DNA of 63,586 nt, filler included, from Choristocarpus tenellus KU-1152 (taxonomy: Eukaryota > Protista > Phaeophyceae): assembly GCA_964200185.2 (NCBI GenBank). It is 9 parts of 9 records of this genome, joined end to end, with 100 filler letters (N's around TTAATTAATTAA, not from the genome) between each part and the next. Parts side by side here need not be neighbours in the genome. Positions count along the whole stretch, not along the records: positions 36,536 to 42,179 come from CAXNAD020010152.1; positions 42,280 to 57,845 come from CAXNAD020000974.1; 7 more parts are not named here. The stretch is one strand, 5' to 3'. The position numbers were made by a program, and so were the translations under genes. Positions 38,645 through 52,670 of the stretch are shown here, one piece after another; within the stretch, counting starts at the first letter, position 1, and every line of letters starts with the position of its first letter. Below the pieces are notes generated by a model. That model was given only the letters and a program-made list of their open reading frames with translations. It was not told the DNA's origin and ran no database searches.

Positions 38645-41600
38645 ATGGCAATGGAGGAATGGGAAACAGCAGTGGCAACCCTGGAAATTGTGAGTCCACA
38701 TTTGTCATGCACTTGGTTTCGTGTGAGATAAGGTCTGACATGTGGACGGGATAGTTTAGGGGTGCTATCGATCTTCCCTCCACCTCCCTTGATCTGAACA
38801 CCCCTTTTTGGACTTTCTAGTCATTTCTTTGCTTTCCCTCCTGTGGTAAACCAATTACATACACTCATCTGCTACCCCTAATACCAATCTTCGCACCACC
38901 AAGGACCCTGGCCATAAGGAGTCGAACGGAACGCTAAGTGCTGAGAAGCCGCCTTCGAGTCTTGGAGAGGCCGGTGGAGGTTCCACGGGTGGTAGCGGTG
39001 GCGTTAATGGAATGACCGAGGCGAGGGTGGAGGACGGAGGCGGCAGAGAGGGGACTGGAGTATCACGGGCTGGTGCAGCAGCAGCGGTAGCCAGTGCCAC
39101 TGGGAGTGAAGGGTCAATAGATCCTGCTCTAATAGATGCTCTTGACAATGCTCGAGGTTAGTTGACAAGGTCGTATTCCAACATGCTGATATGTGGATGG
39201 TAGAGGGTTCATTGGTTGTGACCGTGGAAAGGGCTTTAGTACTTTTGGAGAAATGCACTTCTATCTTTTCTAGACCGCTGATTGACGAACTGGAAAAGAA
39301 AAGGTTGTGTAACACCTTTAATCCTTTTTTATCCTTTCGCTTTTTTTAAATATTGGTGAGAAGAAATTACAGATTCAAATTACTCCAAAAAGTACGTAAG
39401 ACAAGGTTGTGGAGTTAAAACTGCCGCTGCAATTCCAGTAGAACCTTGCTAGTCTTGTCATGAAATGTTCATCCTCCCTCTGCCCAGGCTGCCTCACTTT
39501 GCAGTGCAGTTGAAGTGCGTACATGAAGATGTTAAGAAGCCCTTGGTACTACATCTGGAATGGGACAGATTTATGGATACTGCATTTCTACCTCGTTGAT
39601 AGTGAGCAGTTAGCCAGCAAACTGGCTCAGTAGAAACAGGAAATAGAAACAGGCTGCACTAGCTTGTGCGCTTGCCGGATAGAATCTTATTATATAGTGA
39701 CAGTGGGCTAAAAGTGGAAGAGCTTATTTATTTTTTATTTGATGTGGTGAATATGAAGGCGTACCTGCAAAGTGTTTCAGATGGAGATATCAATAACCTA
39801 TTTTTCTATGATAGAGGGGTGTGTTCCAAATGATTGCAAATCTCATCCAGCGCTTAAGAGGGTTGCTTAGGTGGTACTGAGTCAAGGTGAAAAATTAGTG
39901 CAAATTATGTGTTACAGGCTGGATTGTGCTCTAAGGCATAGTAGCATTGAGTTAAACCTATAGATAAGTTATTGTGGACTAACATGCTGCAAAAATGCTG
40001 TGGTGATGCTCAAGAAAGACTTTTTAAAATTAAATTTTGAGTCTCTTGTTGATGCCCCCCAGCAAACTTGCTCTCTCACATCAGAAATTTTCTTGAAGTA
40101 AAGGGGTAATAAAATCTGCACTACCACAGGATTGTGATGCAGTTGTTTTTTAACAACTGTACAATCTACATTTGTAAAAGCACTCTCATTCTGCAGTGCC
40201 TGCCACCTGTGCCCCCCCACCCCCTTCTCTTCATTTCACAAAATTATAGAATACTTGCTAAAGCTAGAGAGGGAGTTGACTGAGTTTGTTCAGGCAGAAG
40301 GTGGGCCTCAACGGTTAGAACTTCCTCCCCGATCTTCATACCAACGCCTGATTGCCTATCGCCTGGCATCGAGATTTAAGCTCCAGAAGGCCAGCGCAGG
40401 TTTGACTAGGGAGGGGTTGATAGCAGGAGATTCTTGCTGGGATGGACAGGATCTGTTAGGTTGTAGGTGGTGATATTAGTGTGGTGTGGGGGTCTGAATA
40501 TGTGTTATCTGCATCACTTGATTTAGACATTCTGTTTATTCAATTCATTGAATGCTTGATAGAGGTGCATCAAAGTACTATAGTGCACTGTATCAACGTT
40601 ACTACTGATAGACAAAAACACAGAAATACTGCATACAAAATACTTCAACTGTTGTAATGTAAAGCGCTATATTAACTTACTATTATTTTATCTTTCACAT
40701 TTTATTTTTTTCTTCAACTAGGAACCTAGGTTAACCTGCAGTGAAGAGGCACTACACCCTGCATGTTTCATGAACTAACTGTTGCACTGCAACTATTTGT
40801 GCTATCCCATGAATACTTTGCACTCTTCCTTGTGTGTTGAGTTTAGACACCCCAGTCAGTGCTCATTGCTCCGCCTCCTCCCTTGAATCTTGTGCAATAA
40901 TTGCCTCATTGCAATATAGCCTTGGTACCACGGTACAGGTGTACCTTTCTGATGTGCTTGCCACGTGGTCCATCGAAATAAAATTTCACATGAACAAAAA
41001 GTCTTAACCTTGACCGGGCGTGAACCCTTCTGTTGCTATGGCAGAAGCTGATAGTTTTCCAAAGAGCTGTGAGGTATGGTACTTGGGTTTGAATTGAAGA
41101 CTGCACACTGAGAAGGGCATGTTGTGTGTAACCAAGTTTGATGGGGGGCGGGCAAAGGGTATTGTGAGTACATCCGCATCTGCCGACAAGAATGTGTAAT
41201 GCCTTGTACAATTCTTGCTTCGTGTCCAACTTTTCTTGTAATACATCCTATTTTTATTCTTTTAACCTTCCTCCCTAAAACCCTCTTATTGCCCTGTGCC
41301 ACAATTGTTTGGTTTGCAATGACATTATCAGGTGTGCACCAGATCCAGGCAGGATCGGCGTCATCAATGCCAACTGCAGCCACAACATACCCCAAGGAAC
41401 ATCGTCCAACTGTGTTCCTCAAGACATCTGATAGCTGTGTTCCTGGTATACTCCTGGCCACCCTCGCTGCTGCCTCCCAGCAAAGAGAAGAGACTGCTGC
41501 CCTTAGGGCTGCTGCTGATGCCTCGGCTGCTGCTGCAGTAGCCTCCACATCACTTGCCAACTCCAAGGGCAGGTCTTCTGTTATCAAGCTCATGAGAAGG

Positions 41601-42179
41601 AGCCCAGGCGACCCAAGGGCACCTGCCCTCGGGCGAGGGGGGTCTGGAGGTGCAGGGTCTGAGGCGCAGATGAAGACTGTTGCTGATCGGGCAAAAGAGT
41701 ATGCGGCTGCAAGGGCAAGGATCTTTGGGACAGCTAGTCCTCCGGCCCCCGCCCCTGCTCAAGGATTAGCTGCCTCTACGGCGGCAGCATCAAGCGGTGT
41801 TGAATCTTCAGAAACTGCAGCTGCTGTCACATCAGGAGGGGCAGATGTTGCAGGTGGAGGAGTGGGAGGGACAACAGGGGCAGTCAGCGTTGGAGGTGGT
41901 GAGGGAGGGCAGGCAGTCAATGTAGATGCATCATTGGGAGCGGGGAGTCCTGTGGAGGGAGTTCCAGATGGAGGTGTCAGGGACACCAGTGGCAGCGTTG
42001 ATGGAAAAGGATCCTCAGGGCAAGAAGGGGGGGAAGGAAGCATAAGCAGTGCTGGGGCTGGTGGTGGGGGTGGTCAGAATGGGGATGCAGCAGCTGTAGG
42101 TGGTGGAGGTGTTGCTCCCAGTGCGGGTGGGGGAAGAGGTTCGGGAGGTAGAGGGGGAGGGGGACGGCAGGCAGGAGAT
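38645..42179 (+). CDS. R3H and SUZ domain RNA-binding protein; exons 38645-38689, 38904-39156, 40250-40399, 41332->42179; 3' truncated
   Basis: DPALIDALDNA, LLKLERELTEFV...LPPRSSYQRLIAYRLASRFKL (R3H), IKLMRR and KTVADRAKEYAAARARIFG (SUZ); phases consistent. Confidence 0.88.
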
Positions 42180-42353
42180 NNNNNNNNNNNNNNNNNNNNN
42201 NNNNNNNNNNNNNNNNNNNNNNNTTAATTAATTAANNNNNNNNNNNNNNNNNNNNNNNNNNNNNNNNNNNNNNNNNNNNTTTTTTTTTAGACAGCCACCC
42301 CGCCCACCCAACCCCCCCCCCTGCCCCCGCCGCGGCGGTCGTCTGGTGAAAGG

Positions 42354-42384
<31 letters not shown>

Positions 42385-42518
42385 TAACAGAACAATATAA
42401 TCAGATAGGAAGTTTGAGAAAACAGCAAGGCTGGAACAAAAGGCCTCCATAGTATAGAGATTTTTCCCTCACCAGACCAGCTTCAGTCATGCAATGCTGT
42501 GTCTGAACCATTCCTCAC

Positions 42519-44914
42519 CTTGCGAGGCGGTGAGTGCAACACTGGTACTGGGTCATCCGCAGGAGCTCGTGGCACTTTCTTGTGCTTGTGCTTGGGGGGC
42601 TCCATTGGGTCAACCTATGAATAACACAGATTGGCAACCAAACCCATGTGTAGCGGTGATGTATGTCATGGAGGCTAGATAGGAAAGGGTAGGCAGGTGA
42701 GAGGGTGATGTACGCTATGACAATACTGCTAGTGAAGTGGTAGAGCAGTGCAACCTTTCCGTATTGATTAACTGTACCTAGCTCAATTAGAGCGGCATCT
42801 TAAGCAATCATCGGCTATATAGAGAGGTTAAAAGGAAAACGAAAATGCCCCTATCAATTCCTGTTAATTAGATCATTGCAAATTTTCTTTGCCTCTCTCA
42901 AGGTCACGACTGTCTAAGAGGCAACACAATCACTTCTTGAATGGATTTGGGAAGTTAGATAGTAAGGTCTACCTCAGACAATATTGCACTCACATCACAC
43001 AACTTTACTGTTCTTTGATGATAGGTGGCAAAGAAATGCCTTGAGTAACAGACATAATCAGAGTAAATGGTCCTGAGTGTTATCTAGGACAATGGACATT
43101 GCAGGTCGAATTTGACCAGAATTTGAAAGCAAAACTGACTTTGAATATTACGTTGTGTGAGGCAAGAACTTTGGACTCTATACTTTTCAAACACCATCAG
43201 AGAAAGTACAAGCTATGATTAAATAATATTAAACCCTATCAAACTCTTTGTCATACTTCAACTAGCTACCTCAGATCTTTCTTACCCTCTTTTAGAGTAG
43301 TGACTCATACCAGAATAGAACAAAAATCTCCTCAGGAACCTAAAAGTACCACAAGGTAAACCTCCTTGTCTCTCACAATCACATCAAATGGTGAAGGTAC
43401 ACAACCCAGCACCACCAACCAGCAATAAAATCAAGTGACACACCCCCTCCCTCTACACACCAGAACCAAACACCCATTACTTCATCAGCACTACAACACA
43501 CCTGTGCTGCCACCAACCGAACCACTCTTTGCTTTGCATTGGCATTGTAACCTGGTGCGTTGGGGTTTGGTGTGTACTTGATGAACTCTGGCTCCTTCCT
43601 AGTTTGGTCTCCAATGCTCCCAGGTGTTGCAGCAGTGACCTTTGCCCCAATGAGCTGCTCATATACAGGTGCAGAAGGGTGTGGCGCAATACATAGTCGG
43701 CCAGGGTGGCAAGGGTGCGAAGTATGAATGTAAGGCAGTCAAGAAATAGAAAACACACCTCAAATCTCTTAATGCCATCAGATTCAGGGTGCCTCACTGC
43801 GATAAGGCCAATTTCCACTGCACAAGAACATATCTGTCATGTGTCTACTAATATTTTACCTTCTCATACTAACCTAAGCTTCCCTCCCTACCCTTAACAA
43901 CACCCGAGCGTGCGAAACTATATTATGTCATTTTCATTTTACAACTCTCGCCCTGTCCTTTCCTCCACCCCAAAAGCTGTTCCTTCGCACACACCTTCTC
44001 AAAAGCGATCCTTGTGCGCTCGGCGGTGAGTGCCTCCTCGTCCGCGGTTGGCGCAGCCAACTTCTGTTCATCCCCCCTCTTCTCCTTGATGTTAGACAGC
44101 TGCGAGTATACAATTTTGTCCTTGTTCGTGCCCTGCTTTACAATCGCGTCATGCTTGACCTGAAGGAGGAAGAGAGTCATTTCAAGGGCGAATGAAAGAT
44201 CCGGGGGAGATCGTGAGAGAGGGTGGATGATGGCACTCCAGTGAAGCAGAGGTCGCACATAGGAAATACGTTGCCCCAAGCTGGACCATGACCGATGTAA
44301 TGAAATCGGCGTTACACAAGCTGTTTCCAGAAAATTGCTTACCAGGCATCAACTACAAGTGTAGCCCTAGGTTAGAATCGGAGACTCACACTCTTCTGAA
44401 CAAACACTACTACACTTGGTCATTCCCTTTCCAGTTTGAATTACCAGTAATGGGATAGTCCACAAAACTTGGACGAGGACGATAAAATGATCTGCCGATT
44501 CTTAAAAGGAGGAGGAGACATCTCTGAATAAACAAGAGTAAGCCCAAAAGGTTGTATATTAATAAGCATAAATTAATGTGACCACACCTTTCCATCTTCA
44601 TCCACATCTACAGAGACAATCGCTGTACTTCCAGCGTTATGACCAAGGGCTGATATCCCACTCCCTCCTCCCATCCCTCCCGAGGTCTTGGCCGCCGGGC
44701 GACCCATGTTCAAGGGGTATTGGGCAACGTGAATCTCCGGGAATGCGCCACCATCTCCGAAATCTTCCAGTAACCTGGGCACGAAATTTTGGCGACTACC
44801 ATAGGGAGGAGGGAGCCTTGTTGTTTTGGCTGTGCCCACCAGGGCTGTTGGTAGCGGCTCATCAACATGAACCTGATACTTATGTTGCGGGGCAGGCAAA
44901 AAGGTAGCCGCCAT
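42519..44914 (-). CDS. SNW1: SNW1/SKIP/Prp45 splicing factor; exons 44914-44588, 44159-43995, 43654-43502, 42614-42519; truncated
   Basis: EDFGDGGAFPEIHVAQYPLNMGR, FIKYTP, VDPMEPPKHKHKKVPR...PVPVLHSPPRK; all phase-0 GT-AG junctions. Confidence 0.96.
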
Positions 44915-47505
44915 AGCCTCTTTCCAATCCCAGAGACAGTGGGTAAGAGGTTAGTACACTGAACTCGCTTGCCCAGTCCAACTTCGAAAGGTTGTCCTAT
45001 TTCTCTCTACCAATCCCTCGGGCTCTCGCGCCTCTGTGGCAGCTACAAACTGCGCGCAGGCGAATGATATTTTAACAATAAATATGTTATTTAACCCCCT
45101 CACACTTTGAAGACATGTCAAGGACAAACTTGAACGAGTATCACCACTCTCTTAGAAGTAGTACAGAGTGAGAAGTAGTTGCCGTAAATGTGAGAGACAT
45201 CTCTCCAAAATCTATTTACCATTTGGATACCACCTACACTACAGTATCTTTCTAAGGTCAACACACTCTGCAATAGAGCAATACACCATAAGCTATACCG
45301 ATTACCAATTGATTGTGAGTAGGTACTCTACATGCGCATTTTTGTCCCTTCACAAAGTTCTATTACATATCTTCATATCTTCTGAAATTTACAAAACCAT
45401 AACATCAACACAAGAACACCAGAGAGTTGAACGCGTGTTACATGTTTCTATAACTCTTCCTTGTTCACGGCTATAATAATGTATAATAGTTGGTAGAAGT
45501 GGCGCAGTGCTTATTATGTAGTAGTAAATGCGGACTATACAATGAATGGGTAGAAATAGTCCATAGAATAAAAGTGGAGATGACAAAATATTACAATAAA
45601 TACTACTTCAAAGTATGTGTTATAATAAAACAATACACCTCATCTCCATCAACCACAACCCTCCTATAAATAATATCGACCTTCATCCCTCAGTATATGA
45701 CGCCCACTGAGAAGGATTCACCTATTACCAAGAAAACCTGTAAGATTCCTAACCAAAATCACAACACCTACCTTCGGCACAACCATAAAACTTTTATACC
45801 CAGTACTTGGGGTATTTTGGGGCATATATTAAGTGGGCAGGTGCGACTCATCTTCACGAGGCCGGTTTTCTTGAAACATTTTTTCCCCAATGGACACAAC
45901 TATTTCAACTTCACCAGACCACAAGCTGGCCTGGTACCAGTATGTTCCGACCAAACTGGGTCATGACCGTGAACTTTTTCAACATGACCGGCCTGCAAGC
46001 CGGCCCTGTTCTAATATAATCTAACAGAGCCAATTCATGACTGACCACTTTCGACATGTCTAGGCTACAGGCCAGCTTGCAGCTGTTGCCCAGACCCGGA
46101 CCATGCTAACTGCCTGGACAGATAAAAAGACCTGTGGAAAGTGCCATCAACACCAATTGAGATACATTCCTCCAATCACAAGATAATCAGGTGCCAGAAC
46201 AAGCCATTATCAGGCTCAAGCAAATACTGGCAAGGTTGCATTGGTGGTGACAGCTTACAACGTAGCGTTTGTCTAAAACCTGTATACAGCACGAGGGCCA
46301 TCCCTTGGTGAGTCGCAAGGTCTGAAACGCATCCCTCTGTTGCTTTCCTTGTCAAGTGAACGATAGATGCATGCTCCTCAAACGTTATACTGTATCCTAT
46401 GCATTCTGGGCTAGAACATGTGCAATAAGAGGTGAACCTCATTGGTCATACACTAGTATTCTGCTATTATTCCCAACAAGGTCCAATCACTCCAAGATGC
46501 ACAATTAACTTGATTATTTTTACCCCGTGTGTTTCAAGTCTCAGGTAGATCCTTCTCTGTTGTTGTGTCCTCGTGTTTCATGTGTCTTTCAGGAGAGACT
46601 CAACATTCTTCTGTTGCATATGAAATGAAAGTTGAACCTACAAAAATTCCACCATTGAGTTACTTCTTCTTGGAGAGAAAAACAAGACGGCATTTCAAAA
46701 TCTTGACCTAATTGGTCCGTGTCTTGATGTTAGAGGACCAATGCTGTACTGGAGCATATTTTCTTTGGTTGCATAAGAGGTGCACAAGGATGGAAAGATC
46801 TGCCAAAATCTTTCCCCTTGACACCTTAGTCAATTCGAATTGCAACAAGGAATATAATATAGGAGACTTTAAAATAAGAAAAAATGTTTATTTCACACAC
46901 CCTATTTGTGTTCAAGACCCCCCTTTGTTTGTGGGTAGGGAAGGTGAGTCGTAAGAGATATCAACCCCGCCCAGTGCATCCAGTCCAGGAGGTTAGTTGC
47001 AGCTCTCGTTTCACAGATCAGCTCTGTGTGACGGGCAGTGGTCAACCAGGACTTCCCAACCTCAAGTACCTCCTGCTAGGGTAACTATCACAATGCCTAA
47101 AACAACCCTTCACTTACTGATTGGCAACTTTCTTGCAAGCCAGACCATTACTCCCCCCCTACATCTATACAGTACGGAAAAGCGTTGAAGAAGAGACCAA
47201 CACCATTAGCAACACTGTTGCATCAACATGTGACTTGGAGATTGGGGGGGGGGGGGAGGATGCACTCGTCTCTGCAGCAGCAAAGGCATGAAGCTAAGGG
47301 ATTGCACTCTACCAAGTTAAACTCCACATTGGACAATTAAATCCCTCCCACATCCCCCCCCAAAAGGAGAAAATGGTTGCTTACAAGACGAGTAGCCTCT
47401 TGCCATGACATCTCCCTCCTTTCCCAGAACTCCCACAAAAAATTTCTGGGTTCAATCAATCATCACAGGTCACCATCAACAACCTACACCTGCCAGTAGG
47501 TTTTT

Positions 47506-50500
47506 TCACGGCTGAACCTTAGCATGCTCCTGAGACAGGGTGACGTACTCCACAGCACTCTTGAGCAGTTGGCTTTTTTCTGCAGGAGAGACCTCTCGCA
47601 AAAATTTGGCCGGGTTTCCACCCCAAACCTTTCTCAGGGATAAGAGGGAGGGGGGCCAGCTTAGATCTTGTAGTCGATAACCATGGTGTGCTGAGTGGCT
47701 TTTACGTGTACATGCATGTGTGGAGCTATGCCGCATAAACATGGAGCATTATCCAAATCGATGTGCTGGCGTGGGCGGAATGTGACATTCACATAATCTC
47801 CCAACTCTTCATTTCCCACTTCAGCCCAGTCTCAACATGCATGCACTTCCTGCATCTACACCCCAAAAATTCACTCCACAATACCACATTTAACATCATG
47901 TCTCGATCCTCACATCAGCATTCACACAAACACCCAAGCCTTACACGAAGCTAAAGTGCCCTGGCAGTTACATACCTGTCCTGCACCAACCACCGTCCCC
48001 GGCGTGACTATGGCACCAGCAGCAACAATAGCACCTGCTTCCACAGTAGCCTCCTCCAACACAGACTTCATGCCGATCATTGACCCGCTTCCGACAGTTG
48101 ACGCCTTCAAAACAGGAAGGAGATGCAAATGAAATGGAAAGCACAATCCAGGGAAGACAAGGGTGACAGACACCACTACATATTGGGCGCCATGCAAAAG
48201 GCGAACAGTGCAGGTCATCTTGAGCCATGCCCATTCACTGCTCATGCAGGAGGTATTGAGTCCCACCTCAGCTTGAACACTCTGCTGCCTATGTACCAAC
48301 CTCTTCGTTCCCAGTGTTACCGCCTTCCTTGACCCCCTCAAATTAATTTGAGGCTGAAAAAATGCTGGGGCTAGGGTTAGGGAGAAAACAAGCATGGAAC
48401 TAACTGCATTGGTGGATTCCACCACTCTTCCAAGGGCTGCCTAGAAACAGGTGGATGGGGATGTATACTGTGTCCAACAAGGCAAGTGGGGTAAGTCACC
48501 TTCAAGATCGCCCCATGGCCGATCGTTACACCCTTTCCGATGTCCACATCTCCGGAAGAAAGAACCACATCATCTTGCACATTGGTCTCCTCACCAATGG
48601 TAACACCACCACTGTCCCCTAGGATACATAGAAATACCAGCCACCACGAAAAATAGGGATAGCAACACAGGACAGAGGGAGGGGAGGAAAAGTCAACACA
48701 GTTCCAAATGAATGCATAACAGCAAACCGCCAGATGCACATGCACACCAATCAGCAAACGGCACACCCATCATGGGTCACCTGCCTGGAGGCATGAGATG
48801 ACAGCCCCAAGTGAGAAGAAAGACCGTTATACCTTCTTATTGATGAAATCGTGAACTGTGTTCCCTAGAGGCACAGCTATACCCGACAACTTTGCGTGTA
48901 TGCAACTTCTTTCACTCTCCCACACTTAGCGTAACCTCTCTTGTAAAGTACCTTGAACTTCAACCGTTGACAAAAATCACTATATCTGGAGTCAATTGTT
49001 CAATCTATACAGATACATGTAACTGATTTTGCCATGGGTTTGTCAGTGCGATGCATTCATTGTCTGCTTCTCAGAATCGAAAGAGAGATAAAGTGACTTA
49101 TTACAAAATCTGCAATCGATCATACACTATTTCACACTAAAGTATACTGTGTTCAGAATTTGTGCGGTGAGAGACCTGTAAAATTTTGATTTTCCTACAA
49201 TAGTGTAACTGAGTGTAGTGCCCCCCCCCAAAATCCTCTCCATCTTTCATGAAGAAACTCCTCGCTGGTTCTATCTAGAACAACAATAAAACTTGGCTTC
49301 AAAAATATTATAAACAGGTAGCATCCTTAACTCACCTGATAAGCAAAGGAAATTAACTCCTGTTCGATCTCCAACTTAACCTACCTTAAGAGAAAAATCT
49401 ACTCAGCACCTCTGTTTTAACACCAGTTCAAAAATTTGAACCTATATTGGAAACTGCCATGATATACCCACAACTGCAGGGCAAAGAAGGTTACAGTCTA
49501 GTCAGTACAACCACATGACCTCATGACTAAATGTCAATGGAGTATGTCGAAGTACTCATATCGCTTGCAACAAGCATCTAACCCTAAACCGCCAATACAA
49601 AAAATGATGGGAAGTCTGTTTTCATAGGATGCTATGCCAATGGAGATATGGGGTTGCGATATGCATTAAGCAATACAATTCTTGCGCATTAACTCTCCAT
49701 ACTCAGACTGTCCCCACAAAAAAATACTTTCAATTAGTATTTCTCCCTCTGGAGACATACAAAGGACCTTGATATGCCCCAAATATCTTCATGGAGAGGA
49801 TCACAAGCTAATGCAGAAGAAGCGCTTCGTGACTATATTTTCCAGTATATTTAAATACACACAGCACGGACACGTACACTTGAACCAACACTTACTAGGC
49901 GAGTAAGGAATTTGCAATCAACCCCTGCATACACTTTTCATTTGCAAGTCAAAGCTTATGTCACTCTTCTACCATCATGCGCTTAGGGAGAAATGGCAAC
50001 GGAAGCAAGGTGAGGGTAAGGAAACATCCCCAAAAACTCTTGACAATCTCTATCTTGTGTGAATGGATTCAAAGGAAAAACTTGATCACTACCACTTACC
50101 AGGAAGTGATTTTTGGAGGGAATTACCGCCCAAAGCATTCATACTAAAACTAGAAATCAAAGTAATGAAAAACGGCAAGATTCTGAAAAAAATTCTTTCC
50201 AGTGCTCAGTGCCCCACCACAGACCCCTACAAAAGTCACCACTTCGAAATAAATTATTATACATTACACCTTGACAGATATGTTCATTTTTTAAAATGGA
50301 TGAGCTATTAGGGGCCAGTCAACAGTTGAGTGTTGAAGCAAGAGTATAAAAACAAACACATAACTGTATAGACCTAGTGAACTAACGGCTTGGGTACAGA
50401 ACAAGCGAGGCAAGAAACGTCAACCGCAACCGCAGGCAATGAAACAGTAGGACATACGAACGAAATAATTTCTACCGTGTCCGAAAGCAAATGTACAGTA

Positions 50501-51176
50501 AAGAGTGTTAGAGATATAATACAATTGCAGCAAGGAATCACAGGATACAGGAGTATCTAGATCATATTGGGAGTATGCACAACATACCTACAACAATGAA
50601 GACCCGAGTACATGTGTGAGGAAGAAAGAACTTACCTCTAATAACTGCACCATACCATATGGAAGCCTTGCTTCCCACCTCCACTTTGCCGATAAGGGCT
50701 GCACTGGGGGCCAACCATGCGTCCACTGCCACTGAAGGTTTGCTATCCTCCAAGGGCATCACCTGTCTGTGCCTAGAGACTATGAATGGGATTAGGGGAT
50801 GTGGGGGAAAAGAACTGAGGATACCTGGGATATGATGGAATAGATAGAAAGTCAGGAGCAAGAGATGAAATTCCACCATGAATGTCTTCGCCATTCCTAA
50901 CAACAGAGATTCAATGCAAGGATCTGGCGTTTCCAAAGAGAAAATATCATTTAGTTCACCACACACCAATCAGAGACAGACTGGAACAGAGCCCCAAACC
51001 TTACATAGACATATTCATGTGGGCAATCCAAGTGAACTGCAGTTGTACAAAAACGAACTCCACTCACATGGTTCCATCATAATGGTGCTATCGTGACATC
51101 TGAGACCCGCCCTGTCAAGTGCTTGACCTGTCTCTCGCAGGCAGCGTCCTAGCGTCCTTACCACGTTGCTGGCCAT
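47506..51176 (-). CDS. Gamma-carbonic anhydrase (mitochondrial complex I-associated type), complete; exons 51176-51068, 50779-50636, 48618-48500, 48104-47976, 47628-47506
   Basis: LGRCLRETGQALDRAG, FSRHRQ, SIWYGAVIRGD, IGEETNVQD, VTIGHGAIL, VWGGNPAKFLR; hexapeptide repeats; phases consistent. Confidence 0.95.
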
Positions 51177-51227
51177 TGTTTTCAAGGCACAGGAAGAACA
51201 GATGCACTCGGCCGAGGAGGTGCACAC

Positions 51228-51271
51228 GACAACAACAAGCACAACAACAACAATAACAATAACAACAACAG
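51228..51271. repeat. (CAA/TAA)n tract upstream of the gamma-CA start
   Basis: Seen directly. Confidence 0.8.
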
Positions 51272-51737
51272 TATGAGTGTTGTAGTATTAGTAGTAGTTC
51301 TACCTCGATCAACCAACTTCACGCCATGAAGATAACTACCGCCTCTACCATGTAAAACCTACCTTGTCTCCCTAACCCTGAATTCCCCCTACCAAACACA
51401 AATTTGGTTTTTTTGATAGTGTAGAAAAAGACCAATATAAATGCTACAAACAAAATCCAAATAGTACGTCATTAATAACAAAAGGAAAACTGATGACGTC
51501 TCAATAATCTTTGATAGACTACAAGCCCAACAATTGGCGGTATATAAAAATATATTGGTCATCTTTCGATCGTCATCACACTACACAATATTAATTGTGT
51601 TGGGGGAAAAGCCATCTATCTAGCTAATCAGAATCAAGAATTGGTGAGGGGTATGAAAATATGGAACCACTCAAACTCAAAAAATATAAACAATATAATT
51701 GTTTTTCTTATGTTTAGGACATTTTATATACACGTAT

Positions 51738-51800
51738 GTATATAGTTTTCATTGGCTTCCCCCTGCAAAATGTCAGAGGGCATTATAATAAAAATATATA
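51738..51800 (+). mobile_element. Solo 3' tail of the CRE-like element, with an internal deletion
   Basis: TATAGTTTTCATTGGCTTCCCCCTGCAAAATGTCAGAGGGCATTATAAT matches the tail at 11015-11085. Confidence 0.8.
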
Positions 51801-52670
51801 CCTATTGACATCATAATGATACAGTAAATGACATTATGCGCAACAATATATAATTATGTATGTATAACGTTGGAAATCAAATTGAAGATGATAGAGAAAC
51901 AGAAGACAAAGGTTAGATAGAACACACCTCACAAACAGGTACCACAATTAACAATCGAGTGCTGACAGAATTTCGACAGTTTGGACTCATCACTACGGGT
52001 TGACTCAGAAGTAGAGACCCGAACGCCGATACTTAAATCTCTACTAGGTGGCCAGCAGTGTTGAAACAAATCGCAAACTACCACTTTTGTCATTTGATTC
52101 ATCACAACTACCATCAACTAGATTTCTCCGCTCAGCACAACACTTACCTATCACACCAGTTAAACACACAAGGAATAGTCGAGTACGATGGCAAGAATGA
52201 AGAAGTGGATCCCGGCATTTGTCTGTGTGCTTCTTCGGTTGTCTTCGAGCACTGGACACCGGATGCTCAATTCTGGGCCCGTTTCAAACGTTTCTCCTGT
52301 CTCAGGATCGATGTAAGTCTCCCTTCAATATTCCAGTACACCTACCTAACTATACCCACGCGAGGTAGATAGTCAAAGCTTTGGCATGATAAACTCATGA
52401 TCTCTGTGGGTGCTTGTCATATTCTCGCCTTTTGTTACTTGGCGATGTCAGTTTTTTGTTTGAGATCCAACACAGTCGGAATATCATTGCACCCAAATGC
52501 CTGACTTTGTTCACCTCAATAGGTTAGTGTCCCTATCAGTTTAATCTACCCTGCTTCTTCTGTTAAAAAACACTGGAGAGATGCACATTTTAACGACGTA
52601 TATCAATCCCACCCCCAGACAATACAAGAGTCGGTGGGAAAATAGACGGAATGGTGACGGAGGTAGGCAT

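Noticed and set aside
41550-42043. Antisense ORFs over GC-rich exons (also 38855-39148, 19420-19901, 17257-17644)
   Set aside because: Shadow frames of real low-complexity exons on the opposite strand.
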